Shown: positions 12,101 through 22,468 of the stretch, piece by piece
How positions within the stretch are numbered: position 1 is the stretch's first letter
How the letters are laid out: the number at the start of each line of letters is the position of its first letter
DNA from: Proteromonas lacertae
Lineage: Eukaryota
NCBI GenBank assembly: GCA_002245135.1
Contig: NGBS01000016.1
Location: 1 to 64,000, forward strand
Direction: 5' to 3'
Length of the DNA: 64,000 nucleotides
The notes under the pieces: model-generated
What the model was told of the DNA's origin: nothing
Seen by the model: the letters and a program-made list of their open reading frames with translations, nothing else
Databases searched by the model: none
Program-made: the position numbers and the translations under genes

Positions 12101-14034
12101 TGATGACAATACTGTAATTACTAATATTATCATATTACCAACAAAAATAAAGCCCGATAGATTGTGGATTGAGAGAACAGTTTCATACAAAGTTATATTC
12201 TTTCAAAAATGGTTTATCTTTCTATATAACTCATGATTATCCATTTCAATTACAGAATCATGTAAATTGTTATACAGAAACGTTGAAATATCCATGTAAA
12301 TCACTTGTAGCAGAATATGATTCAAGTTTATTTGTTATTCCTGGTAAAGTAAATCAATGCTTCAAAGAAAAGAAAAAAGTAGTCACAGTTAATCAATCTC
12401 TTAAAGAGAATACTAAGTATAGTTTGACATATGGAGATGATGGTTTATATTATTGTAAAGTAGTAAAATTAGACTATCAGTATAAGTACAAATGTCTTGC
12501 TTATTCATCCAAAGGAAAATTAATAGGCTACATTTGTAGATATAATGACACAACTCATCTGTTTTTCCATCCTGTAGACAATCGAATAAAAGGATTTCAT
12601 TTTGTTCAAAACAAACAGGGAGTTATAGAAATGGAAAAGATATTAGAGAATTATATTCCATATGGAAAGAATGAAATACCAATGCCATTTGGGTTGTCAT
12701 CAAAATATTCACTAAAAGATAATAAGAATATAGTTATTAGAATTACTTCTATAAAAGCAGTTGACGATTTTCAAGTATTGTATTTAAAGAAAAGTAATTA
12801 TAACAAAGTAAAAAATATATTAGGAGGGGAGGAAAACAGTTGCTTTTATTGTTTATATTATATCTTTTTGTAGGTTATTTACAATCTTTAGTGTTTTTAA
12901 CAATGTATCTTTTGGTGAATGTTTATTTACACAATATTTCTATGATAAATATTACAAAATAGTATTGTTTGGAGTAGATGTAATAGAAAAGAAATGCATA
13001 TTTTGTGATTTTAAACAAAAGAATTTTGTATATATATATATCAATCTGTTGTATATTCTATAAATAGGATCTCTTTGAAAATATTACAGGATCAGATGTT
13101 TTGAAAAAAGAAAAGAGTTTAGTTTATGATATGGATAATATAATTAGTGAAGAAAAAGGAATAAGAAAAGAGAGTGTATATCATTCTATAATTTATATGT
13201 TATAATGATAAATAGTATAAAAGATATAGAAAATTCACAATCGAAGAGTATTTGAAATGTCAAAAGAATAGTGGAGAATTAGTATATGATTTAGAGGATT
13301 GTTTTGTAATAGAATTAAAATATCAAGTATATATATTATATTTCAATATCTAGTTGTATATTCCTAAAGAAAAGGTCAATTATAACGAAAGAATATTTGA
13401 TTTAGTTGTATTATCGTGTGATATAGGTGATAGTTCAATGAATTTTATTCGACAATCCAACAAAAAATGGAAATGTGAAGATGGTAGTTTGCTTGAGTAT
13501 AGTGAAATGATAAATGATTTTAACAAATGCGCTTCATCTCATTTACCTATATTAAAGTGTAAATATTTACTTTATGTGAATGAAAGAATACTTACAACAA
13601 ATAATTGGACTGATAATTTCTTACCTTCAGTTAGAATGGATGATTTTGTTATACCTGATAATGATGGATTAAATGAATATATACAATCTGAAGAATATTC
13701 AAAGCATAAATCTGAATTGGAAAAATATTTACAAAAATCAATTCCTGGTAGTAAAGTAATAATAGCAGATAATTGTGGAGAAGTGGAATTAGACAATAAT
13801 TTATCAAAGTTGTATAACGCTGAAATTCAACAGCAACAAAAACCAAAACAATCACCAACATTTTTACCTTCTTCAGAATCAACTCTACCATTACCATTAG
13901 ATTCTTCATCAAATATAAGTAATTTACCAATTACATATACTCAACCTCAACTTCAACCACCGCAACCACAACCACAACCACTAGATCCAGTAGAGTCAAT
14001 AATTTATTTACCTAGTTCAGAATCATATTATTAA
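9154..14034 (+). CDS. Orphan multi-exon gene A, copy 2 (apparently full length; Pro/Gln-rich tail; some frameshifts)
   Basis: ATG at 9154 (MLNAYLNKSE) followed by a GTATC..TAG intron. ORF pieces 9659-9928, 10479-10700, 11197-11586, 12169-12873 and 13354-14034 are homologous to copy 1. Confidence 0.7.
11112..11165 (+). other. Candidate U12-type intron, AT-AA, in gene A copy 2
   Basis: ATATCTTTT donor after ...TIQY in phase 0, branch-like TATTTAAC, ends TCTAA, then YLVKSPTIY. Equivalent to 861-913 although the surrounding DNA has diverged. Confidence 0.65.
11873..11927 (+). other. Candidate U12-type intron, AT-AG, in gene A copy 2
   Basis: ATATCCTTT donor, TTTCTTTAAT branch-like motif, ends TTAAG. 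Paralogous to 1620-1673. Confidence 0.6.
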
Positions 14035-14138
14035 GAAGAAGAATTATCTTAACAATAATAATTCTTTAAATGTATTATTATATAATGTTTCTATCAAAAA
14101 CAACAGCAAAACGAAATATAAAACAAAATAACAAAAAA

Positions 14139-16522
14139 TTATGAATCTAACAATTTTAACGCTTCACTCTCTAAATCATTCACATTATTATCCTCTTCTT
14201 CCTCCTCTTCTTCACTTTCATCTGATAATTTATTCACATCATCATCATCTTCCTCTTCATCATCATATTCATTTCCTAATTCAACACCATTCTCTATTTC
14301 ATTATCATTATCATTATTATCTTCTTCTTCTCCTTCTTCTAATTCATATTCTTTTCTTTGTTTCTTCATCAATAATCTCTTTTGTTTAATTCTTTGTTTC
14401 TCTTTCTGTTTTGATATAACATCAGCCTTTTCTAACTTCGATTTAATCATTTCTGTTATTAATTGACTTTCTTTCTTCAATTCTTCTTTATCTAATTCAT
14501 CTATATCTTTGATATTTATTTCATTATTATTATCTTCATTTTCACTGTCACTAAATATAATATGTTCACCTGAACCAACCACTTTGCCATTTTTAATTTT
14601 TAATTTTTTCTTTGGATTTAATACTTTATTAGTTGTATCTATTGATATATTATGTTCATTCATTATATCATCAATATTAACTGCTTTTCTTTTAACTCTT
14701 AATACATCATCTTCTTCATTTTCATTATCTTCTTCTTCGAGTTTTGATTTTGATTTTTTTATGGTTTTTAGTTTAGTTTCTACCTCTTTTTCTACATCAT
14801 CATCTTCTTCTTTCTTCTTCCATTTCATTATTTCCTATTTTCTTTTTACTCTTTTCTTCTTTCTTTTTCAATTTCTTTTCTTCTTTTAATAACTTCTGAT
14901 TTTCTCTCAGCTTCTGTAGTTTTAATTTCTTCTTTTGTGATGTCTCTCTTGATTCATTCTCTTTTAATTCTAATTTGGGCATTATCGCTAAACCCATAGA
15001 TTCTGCAAATTTACCTTGATCAATCTCATTCACTTTAAATACCTCTTTATTTGGCATTAAATAAATAGATCGTAAATAACATGTAAATGCTTTCTGTGCT
15101 AAAGATTTTAACTCCACATCCTTTCGCTAATAATTGAGATAAAGTTTGGGTCATCGAAACTTTTTTCTGGGGATTAACGGATATTTTTTGTAATGGTATT
15201 TTTTTATTGGCTAATATCTCAATCATTTTTATTTCTGATGGTAAGAGTAGTAATAATCCTTGACCATTGTCTTTGTATCTTGCTGTTCTACCTACACGAT
15301 GAATATAACACTCATAATCTTCAGGACAATCGTATTGTAACACCCAATTCACTTTAGGAAAATCTAATCCTCTTGCTGCTATATCAGTACAAAATAAAAT
15401 AGCACATTCTTTCTCTAAGTACAAAAAAATATAAATTAAAGAAATTCAAAAAAATAAATTCGTTACATAAAAGGATATAAAATCAAAATATTCATAAGTT
15501 CTCATTGATTGTTTCTGTCTTCCATGTATTTGCATCACTGGAACACCTGGTTTAATTTGTCGAAATGATTCATACAAAAACCTCACTTCCTTACAGCTAT
15601 TCACAAACACTAATATTTTACATTTTAAATGACTTTTTATAAATGAATATAATATGTCCAATTTCTCTTCAATTGGAACAATCATATATCTTTGTACTAA
15701 TTGGTCAGGTGTTGCTAAGGCATCTTTATCATGAACTCCAATATATTCAGGATGGTTTAAACTCAACTTAACTAGATTACTGATAGATTTATTTTGTGTT
15801 GCACTAAACAAGAGGTTTTGACGTGTGTTTGTAGGAGGTAAATAACTTAAAATGTCATTTAATTGTGTTTCAAAACCCATATCCAATATTCTATCTGCTT
15901 CATCAACTACTAAAATTTGAATTGTACTTAAATCAAAATCTGGTGTTTGTTGAAGGTGTTGTAATAATCTACCAGGTGTTGCTACTAAGATATTCATTTT
16001 ACATATTCTTATTTGCTCTTCTTTGAAATCTTTTCCTCCTGTTACTAAACCAGCAGAATATATATGAAATTTACCTACTGATCGTAATATTTCGAATATT
16101 TGTAATGCCAATTCTCTTGTTGGAGATAATATTAATGCTCCTAGACCTAATTCAGTATCCCACTTCTCATGATACAATTTCTCAAGTACAGGGATTATAA
16201 AAGCAAGGGTTTTACCAGATCCTGTTTTTGCAGCACCTAAAATATCTCTACCAGCTAATGCGTGAGGTATTGCAGCTTTTTGAATATCAGTCATTGTCTC
16301 AAATTTTGCCGACTTTAATCCATTCAATGTAATATGTGAAATAGGTAATTGATCAAAATTTGTTGCATTTCCATACAAAACACCTGGAGCAGGTGTCTCT
16401 TCCATAATTCGTTCTTTCAGCTGTTTAATTTCAGCATCTTCTGATTGAAATTGTTTAATTTTTGTTGGTTTCTTAAATTTCTTCTTGTTTTTATTCATGA
16501 GGTTTGATGATAAGTTTGGCAT
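14139..16522 (-). CDS. DBP4: DEAD-box RNA helicase DBP4/DDX10 (one AT-AC intron; apparent 1-nt indels near 15120 and 14830)
   Basis: Motifs GAAKTGSGKTLAF, SPTRELALQ, VDEADRILDMGF, LFSAT, TDIAARGLDF and YIHRVGRTAR, plus AQKAFTCYLRSIYL and an acidic C-tail typical of DBP4/DDX10. Confidence 0.9.
15419..15478 (-). other. U12-type AT-AC intron in DBP4
   Basis: The minus strand reads TATTTTGATTTT|ATATCCTTTT...TTTCTTTAAT...TGTAC|TTAGAGAAA. Removal gives YEYFDF-LEKECAILFCTDIAARG and eliminates an in-frame stop. Confidence 0.9.
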
Positions 16523-16573
16523 GAATTAATCCAGAATACCAAAAACCGAGTATTTTATCATTTTGTATTTTTC

Positions 16574-17128
16574 ATGACAGAGAAGCAAAAACCAGTACCT
16601 ATAGTGGCACTACCTCCTACAAAAAAAGGTCCAGAATATATCTCTACATCAACAAGTATTGGATTTGCTGGAAGATTGTGTATGACAACAGGAGTTAATT
16701 ATTTACTCGGTATTGGTTTTGGTGGTATTATTGGTGCATATAAAGGATTAAAAACCTCACCAAGTCCAAGATTTAGAATTAGATTGAATAGTTTTCTTAA
16801 CGGAGCAGCACAAGCTGGATCACATTCGGGTAATGCTCTAGCTGTTTTTACAATGTATTACTTGACTAGTTATCACTTAATGCAAAGGCTTAATTTTAAA
16901 TATCATATGCTAGGTGATAAATCTCTAGCTTTTACTGCTGGCATGTGTACAGGTTTTTTATATAAACTAACAGCAGGTATATATCTATCAATATTATTCA
17001 TATATTTACTGTTAATAGTGACATTACGAGCAAATGTGATGGCAACGTTTGTAGGTGGTTTTGTGGCGATTAGGATTTCAGTATGTGAAACCAATATTCA
17101 AATATATCCACATGCATCCATTTATTAA
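16574..17128 (+). CDS. TIM23: Mitochondrial inner-membrane translocase Tim17/22/23 family, Tim23-like (probable in-frame 42-nt intron 16977-17018)
   Basis: TGVNYLLGIGFGGIIGAYKG...RIRLNSFLNG...GNALAV is the Tim23 signature, with Gly-rich TM helices. Confidence 0.8.
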   Translation: MTEKQKPVPIVALPPTKKGPEYISTSTSIGFAGRLCMTTGVNYLLGIGFGGIIGAYKGLKTSPSPRFRIRLNSFLNGAAQAGSHSGNALAVFTMYYLTSYHLMQRLNFKYHMLGDKSLAFTAGMCTGFLYKLTAGIYLSILFIYLLLIVTLRANVMATFVGGFVAIRISVCETNIQIYPHASIY

Positions 17129-17332
17129 GAGTATCATTGCTTAAATTATTTATTTATTCGTTATTTGTGTTTGTTGTTTATTTAACAGAGCATTGATATC
17201 CAGAGTTGTTGATTACTAAATACAATGACTTTAATGACTCTTTTGAAATGTATAAAAAAGATATATTGTATTAACTTGATTCAAAGCTTGAATTCAAGGA
17301 TTGTAAATATTATATCATTTTGCGTTTTTCTG

Positions 17333-18484
17333 ATGCTGCATGGCGTAAATCCCGAAACAAAAGCATCAACTCGTAAGCCAACGAATAACTGGAACTCATC
17401 TAACCTAATAAACACCCGTAAATATACTGTTTTACATTCTAAACATCTGTCTTCTTCTTCAGGTAGATTGATCGCTTCTGAACAAGAACTACAGCTGGCT
17501 AATGATTGGCTATACTATATTACTTATTATGCCCTCAATGAACATTCATCACCGCCTCCTCAAGTATCTACGCAAATAAAACCTCCACCCGCAGCTATCG
17601 TCACAAGAAAAGATCAGCCAAGGAAGTCTAGAACAGAAATAGAAGATTTTCATTTTAAAGATGCTGTTAATACTTATCAGCAACTAGAAAAAGAAGAAAT
17701 TATGTGTAGAAATTGTCAGCAGCAGTCAAAGAAAGTAAATTCATTTGGATATCATGATGGTTTTATCTGCATGAATTGCGCAGCTAAAGCCTATTCAAGA
17801 ATTAGTGAGTTAGTAGATTGGGAAGAAATAGTAGAGAACGGAAGAGGAATTCAATGTGATAGACTTAGACATCAGAAGAAACTAAGTTCATTTATAAAAT
17901 TCGAAAATAAAACTGGAACTTACAAAAGAGTTAAACTATGTATATTCTGTCGAAATGTGAAGAGATGGGAATATTCTAGAAAATCACTTTATCCATCGCC
18001 TGCTACTAAGAATCCACATTCACCTACTAGTAATATCAATAATAATAATATGAATATTAGTTTGAATTGTAATACTTTAATATCTCCCAAGAGAAGAAAA
18101 GTGGATGAATTAGTGCCAATTTTACCAAGACCAGTAGTTGATTTTGATAATAAAAATAATAATATTCCAATACCTATGCCAATTCCTCAACCTAATAATA
18201 ATAATAATCCAAACCAACCACCTCCACCACAACAACAAACACCGCTTGTACCAATCGCTTCATCATTACCATCTGCTAATATTATTGTACAACAACAACA
18301 ACAACAACCATTACCATTACCTCAATCTATTGTTTTATCTGATATTCTACAACAGCAACAGCAACAAATACAACAATCTTTACAACAAAACCAACAACAG
18401 AAGCAAAACCAACAACCACCAATACAACAACAGCAACAAATTCAACCTGTAGAAGCAAACAGCAACAAGTACAACAAGAATTAA
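17333..18484 (+). CDS. Double zinc-finger protein with Pro/Gln/Asn-rich tail (family member 1)
   Basis: CRNC...CMNC...DWE...CDRLRH...LSSF...CIFCRNVKR, basic PKRRK and a poly-Q tail. The ORF is open from 17225; the start codon is uncertain. Confidence 0.7.
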   Translation: MLHGVNPETKASTRKPTNNWNSSNLINTRKYTVLHSKHLSSSSGRLIASEQELQLANDWLYYITYYALNEHSSPPPQVSTQIKPPPAAIVTRKDQPRKSRTEIEDFHFKDAVNTYQQLEKEEIMCRNCQQQSKKVNSFGYHDGFICMNCAAKAYSRISELVDWEEIVENGRGIQCDRLRHQKKLSSFIKFENKTGTYKRVKLCIFCRNVKRWEYSRKSLYPSPATKNPHSPTSNINNNNMNISLNCNTLISPKRRKVDELVPILPRPVVDFDNKNNNIPIPMPIPQPNNNNNPNQPPPPQQQTPLVPIASSLPSANIIVQQQQQQPLPLPQSIVLSDILQQQQQQIQQSLQQNQQQKQNQQPPIQQQQQIQPVEANSNKYNKN

Positions 18485-18720
18485 AGAATAGTAATGATAG
18501 TGATAATAAACAACCGTGACTAGAATACCCTAATTTTTATTTTTATTTTTCGTGTAAATATATTTTTTATTGTTGTATTGATGTTGGGTTAAATAGGTGT
18601 TTTTTTAACTTATTAACAGTATAATTAATCCTTATATTTTACACATGTATTTGTTCATTTAGTCAAGTGAGATTTAAAGAAAACGTGTTTGTTGTAAAAA
18701 TATATTCGTTTCTGTTGTGG

Positions 18721-19340
18721 ATGGAAGAAAAAGAAGTGGATGAAGACTGTATTAATGAATATAAAGGTAAAAATCTTCACATATATAATTATAGAAGAAT
18801 TTGCAAAGGCTTTGCAAATCATAAAAGAAGGAGATTTAAATAGAGCAATAATTATATTGAAAGAATTATATTGGAAGCTTGTAAATATATTACTTATTAT
18901 GTATTATTATAGCCTGCCTTATCGGGTCTTATAACAACGCTTGATGAAGTAGAAACTGAATTATGGAAGAGATCTTCACCTCTATATTCTATAAATTCAC
19001 ATAATTCTACACTATTTTCAAAACTATATAACGACGTGGTTGTTCAAACAGATCAACCAATGTTGGAAGATAATACGGCTTCTTTAGGGATACAGACAGA
19101 TGTAAATGATATAGATAAAATGTACCGTGAACTTAAAGGAAAAAAGAATGAAAATAGTCTGCCACAAAATGATGTAATAGTCGTTAAAAGAAAAATTCCA
19201 GATTATCATTTAACAAAAAGTAAAAAATAAGAACCTGTATGAGTTTATCATTTTTAGATGATGATGATGATGATTATAATGGAAATGAAATAGATTCATT
19301 TCCACAAACGAAATGCAGTTCCAATTCCAGGAATCACTAA
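18721..19340 (+). CDS. Small spliced hypothetical protein
   Basis: ATG at 18721 and GT..TAG introns near 18767-18794 and 18881-18912 link the ORF pieces. The 3' end is unresolved. Confidence 0.5.
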
Positions 19341-19435
19341 TTTAAACCCCATATAATAGACTTAACACAATATTGCTTAGAATAAATACGCTATTTATTG
19401 TTTTTTCTAATTATTTGTATATGTATATAACAAAA

Positions 19436-19799
19436 TCACACTAATTTTCTCTTCTTCGTTTGAAACTCATGATCTCCTGATAGTTGCACTGGTAGTCTCG
19501 GTAATAAATGAGGATCAATCACTTCATTAAACCAAGGATGAGATAACGCTTGTTCTGCAGTTAATCTATTCTCTGGATTAATTACTAATAATTTATCAAT
19601 CAAATCCCAAGCTTCATCTGGTAATTTGAAAGAAGGTCCATGTTTATCTCTGGCTATACGATATAAGTGGTTTTGTAATCTTCTCTCGTGTGGTTTTATT
19701 TCCTCTAATAATGCCTTTCTTGAATAACTATAAGCATCACTCCATGAATCTCGAGTAGGTGTTCCACATATGCTTAATATTATATATAATTCATCATTC

Positions 19800-19834
<35 letters not shown>

Positions 19835-20532
19835 TATACATCCGATTCTGCTATGAATGGAGATCTTCCAATTATTAATTCAGCAATTATACATCCTACA
19901 CTCCACATATCAATACTATTCTTATATTTCGTACATCCTAATAATAATTCAGGTGGTCTATACCATCTTGTTATAACATTATTTGTATAATCTCTCTCTA
20001 AACCCATTTGCCTTGATAAACCGAAATCAGCGAGTTTTACTTCATTAAATTCTGTTATTAGTATATTGGATGATTTTAAATCTCTGTGTATTATATTGTT
20101 GTCATGAACAAATTTCAATGCTTGTAATAATTGATACATATAACATTTAATTTGTGTTTCATTGAACCAAGGAATGCCACCTTCTCTAGCCATATCCATT
20201 AAACCAGATAAATCAGTATCAACATATTCAAAAACTAAATATACATCATCACCTATTCCATTTTCTGCTTTTGATGTTGCAATCTCTTTTAATTCCACTA
20301 TATTTGGATGTTTCAAACTTTTTAATATCTTTATTTCTCTAAGGGCCGTAATTGGGAAACCATCAATTTGTCTTGGTAATTGAATCTAATAAAACTAACA
20401 TATTATTTATACCTTTTTCATTGCAACAAGTTCTTTGGTAAATATATCAACTGCAACAAATACTTGACCATAAGTACCTTCTCCTATTTGTTCAAGCTTT
20501 TTATAGCACTGAGCATCTCTTGTTTTCCACAT
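19436..20532 (-). CDS. Cyclin-dependent kinase, CDK9/CDK12/CDKC (PITALRE) type; two introns
   Basis: IGEGTYGQV, GFPITALREI, HRDLKSSN, DFGLSR, YTNNVITRWYRPPELLLG, and C-terminal HEFQTKKRK. Confidence 0.92.
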
Positions 20533-20734
20533 ATTTATAGTTTATTTGTTATTTGATTCACTTTGTAATTAGAAAAAAGCAAATTGATTATCAAGCCAAT
20601 TTTAATGACTCGAAGCATTTTCTAATGATTAGAAATGGAATGATATGTATAATTTATTCATATAATAACAGAAACAGTATATAAAATATTTACTGGAATA
20701 AAATTACTAATTCACCCTTATTTACTGATGTTAC

Positions 20735-21175
20735 TCAATGGAAAGATGCTCTTTTCATTTCATATACATCATGTATGTTCCTGCAATATATACAAAATGG
20801 TGATTGGTAATAATCTTTATTATTTCTTTTGCAACAAATAAAAGAGCTTAATGTTCTTTTATTTTTGCAGCTATGACATTCAATAGTTCCAACATAACAC
20901 CAATCTTTTAGATCGCACTTATTAATTGATCTACGTGCAGTACATCCTTTGCAAACATAGAACTTTTGGTTGTATTCAAATGTATCAATCCTTTTCACAG
21001 TTCTTAAGCATATATAGCATGTAACTGATTGTTTTTCTAATTTCTGATATGAACCTAATTCTTGTGCACATATACCTTTTGGCAGTTCAGTGTTTATTTT
21101 ATTATGTCTAAGATTCTTTATTCCTTTCTTTAGCGCTATTTTTGTTGATGAAGCATGTGTTACTGATTTTGCCAT
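20735..21175 (-). CDS. Double zinc-finger protein (family member 2; may extend 5' to about 21395)
   Basis: CYIC...CKGC...DW...CHSC...LSSF...CIYCRN aligns with members 1 and 3. Confidence 0.65.
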   Translation of the reverse strand: MAKSVTHASSTKIALKKGIKNLRHNKINTELPKGICAQELGSYQKLEKQSVTCYICLRTVKRIDTFEYNQKFYVCKGCTARRSINKCDLKDWCYVGTIECHSCKNKRTLSSFICCKRNNKDYYQSPFCIYCRNIHDVYEMKRASFH

Positions 21176-21546
21176 TATACTGGAGGGTTCTATTAGGTGT
21201 AATATATGATTTATCCAGGATAATTAATTGGAGAATAGACTAATACTAGTGTTTATTAGGTGCACTTGCGCTAGCTACAGGGAGAATATTAGAGATGTTT
21301 AATAAGTTGATATGTTGAAGTTGTTTAAGGGGTATGTTATCCCCTGCATGATGAATGAAGTATGGATGTTGGTTGTAATTTACTCTACTGTTCATTATTT
21401 ATTTGTCAACGTATAGAAACGAATAAATTTTATTTTAATTTGGAACAGTTGAATGGTCTTTATGTTATTACTCATGTTTCAATGGAATTTTGATAATAAT
21501 AAAAAATGACACAGTATAGAATATATAAATTAAACAAATAATTTAT

Positions 21547-22197
21547 TTATAGACTCACTAATTGAATTTTAGCCTTTTTGATTGGATGTTCAGCAATAAT
21601 ATTGTTGCCTTTGCACATCTCACCTTCATCTCGAGATCTTTTTTTGGTTTGTTTACGTAAGTATTCAAATCGTTTTACATTTCTACAGAAAATACAAAGC
21701 TGACCTATTTCATATTCTCCAGATTTATTATTATACCTCACAAATGAACTCAAATCTTTAGAGTGTTTTATTCGTTGACATTGGCATGTACTATCAGATA
21801 AATTGTCTTCCATTTCATGTTCCCAATCAGGTAATTGTCCAACTTCTTCATATATTCTAACAGAACAATCGAGACATGTATATCTGTCATCCTGTCCAAA
21901 AGACTTCAACAACTCTACGCTATTATTACACATACTGCATTTCACTCTTTTACACTCTATACTTCTATATTTCTCTATTGCTTGGTTAATAATCTCTTCT
22001 GTATATTCAAACTTTGGCTCTTTATTATATTTTGAGGGTCTTCTTCGTTTATTATTAGTTCTTTGAGGTATTGCTGATGGAATTATACATTGTTGTAGAT
22101 AGATTGGAACTAATGAGTAGGTAGCATAGGGAAACGATTGATCATTATTAACTGGAATAAATGCATGTGGTTGGAGTATTTGATTTTGTTCATACAT
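21547..22197 (-). CDS. Double zinc-finger protein (family member 3)
   Basis: CSMC...SFG...CLDC...DWE...CQRIKH...LSSF...LCIFCRNVKRFEY, with basic KRRRP and KKRSR motifs. Confidence 0.75.
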   Translation of the reverse strand: MYEQNQILQPHAFIPVNNDQSFPYATYSLVPIYLQQCIIPSAIPQRTNNKRRRPSKYNKEPKFEYTEEIINQAIEKYRSIECKRVKCSMCNNSVELLKSFGQDDRYTCLDCSVRIYEEVGQLPDWEHEMEDNLSDSTCQCQRIKHSKDLSSFVRYNNKSGEYEIGQLCIFCRNVKRFEYLRKQTKKRSRDEGEMCKGNNIIAEHPIKKAKIQLVSL

Positions 22198-22468
22198 TCT
22201 GTTTTATGAAGAGATGTAAAAATAAACTGACTATATTTTTTTGTTAATTTTTATATGTAAAGTTATTTTTTACATAACAAACGGAAATAGCTTTACGATT
22301 TTACAGTGAATGTCAGTAGTGCGTTTTAACTTCATTTTATAATACTTTTACTTATGAAAATTTTTACATGTTGATATGTGTCATCTACACTTCTTTTTGT
22401 TTCTTAATCATCCCATACCTTTACAAAAAATATGATAGTCATAATTATGGGTATAAAACTAACTAATT

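Noticed and set aside
14800..15130. Frame breaks in DBP4 (near 15120 and 14830), and similar ones in the cNMP gene (about 45360), the GPCR 5' end (about 48705 and 49075) and gene A, as programmed frameshifting, RNA editing or pseudogenes
   Set aside because: They are single-base indels, several in or beside homopolymers, scattered over otherwise intact conserved genes with no shared slippery motif. Long-read consensus error is the simplest explanation. Needs read-level confirmation.
17128..17180. TGTTTGTT motif downstream of TIM23, suggesting Blastocystis-type stop codons created by polyadenylation
   Set aside because: TG/T-rich tracts follow several genes, but every gene whose 3' end I could resolve has a genomic stop codon. 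No poly(A)-completed stop can be supported here.
19798..19840. (AAT)n, (TAT)n and (TA)n runs here and at about 10060, 50565 and 62555 as repeat arrays or CRISPR-like structures
   Set aside because: They are simple microsatellites inside short introns with no spacer structure.
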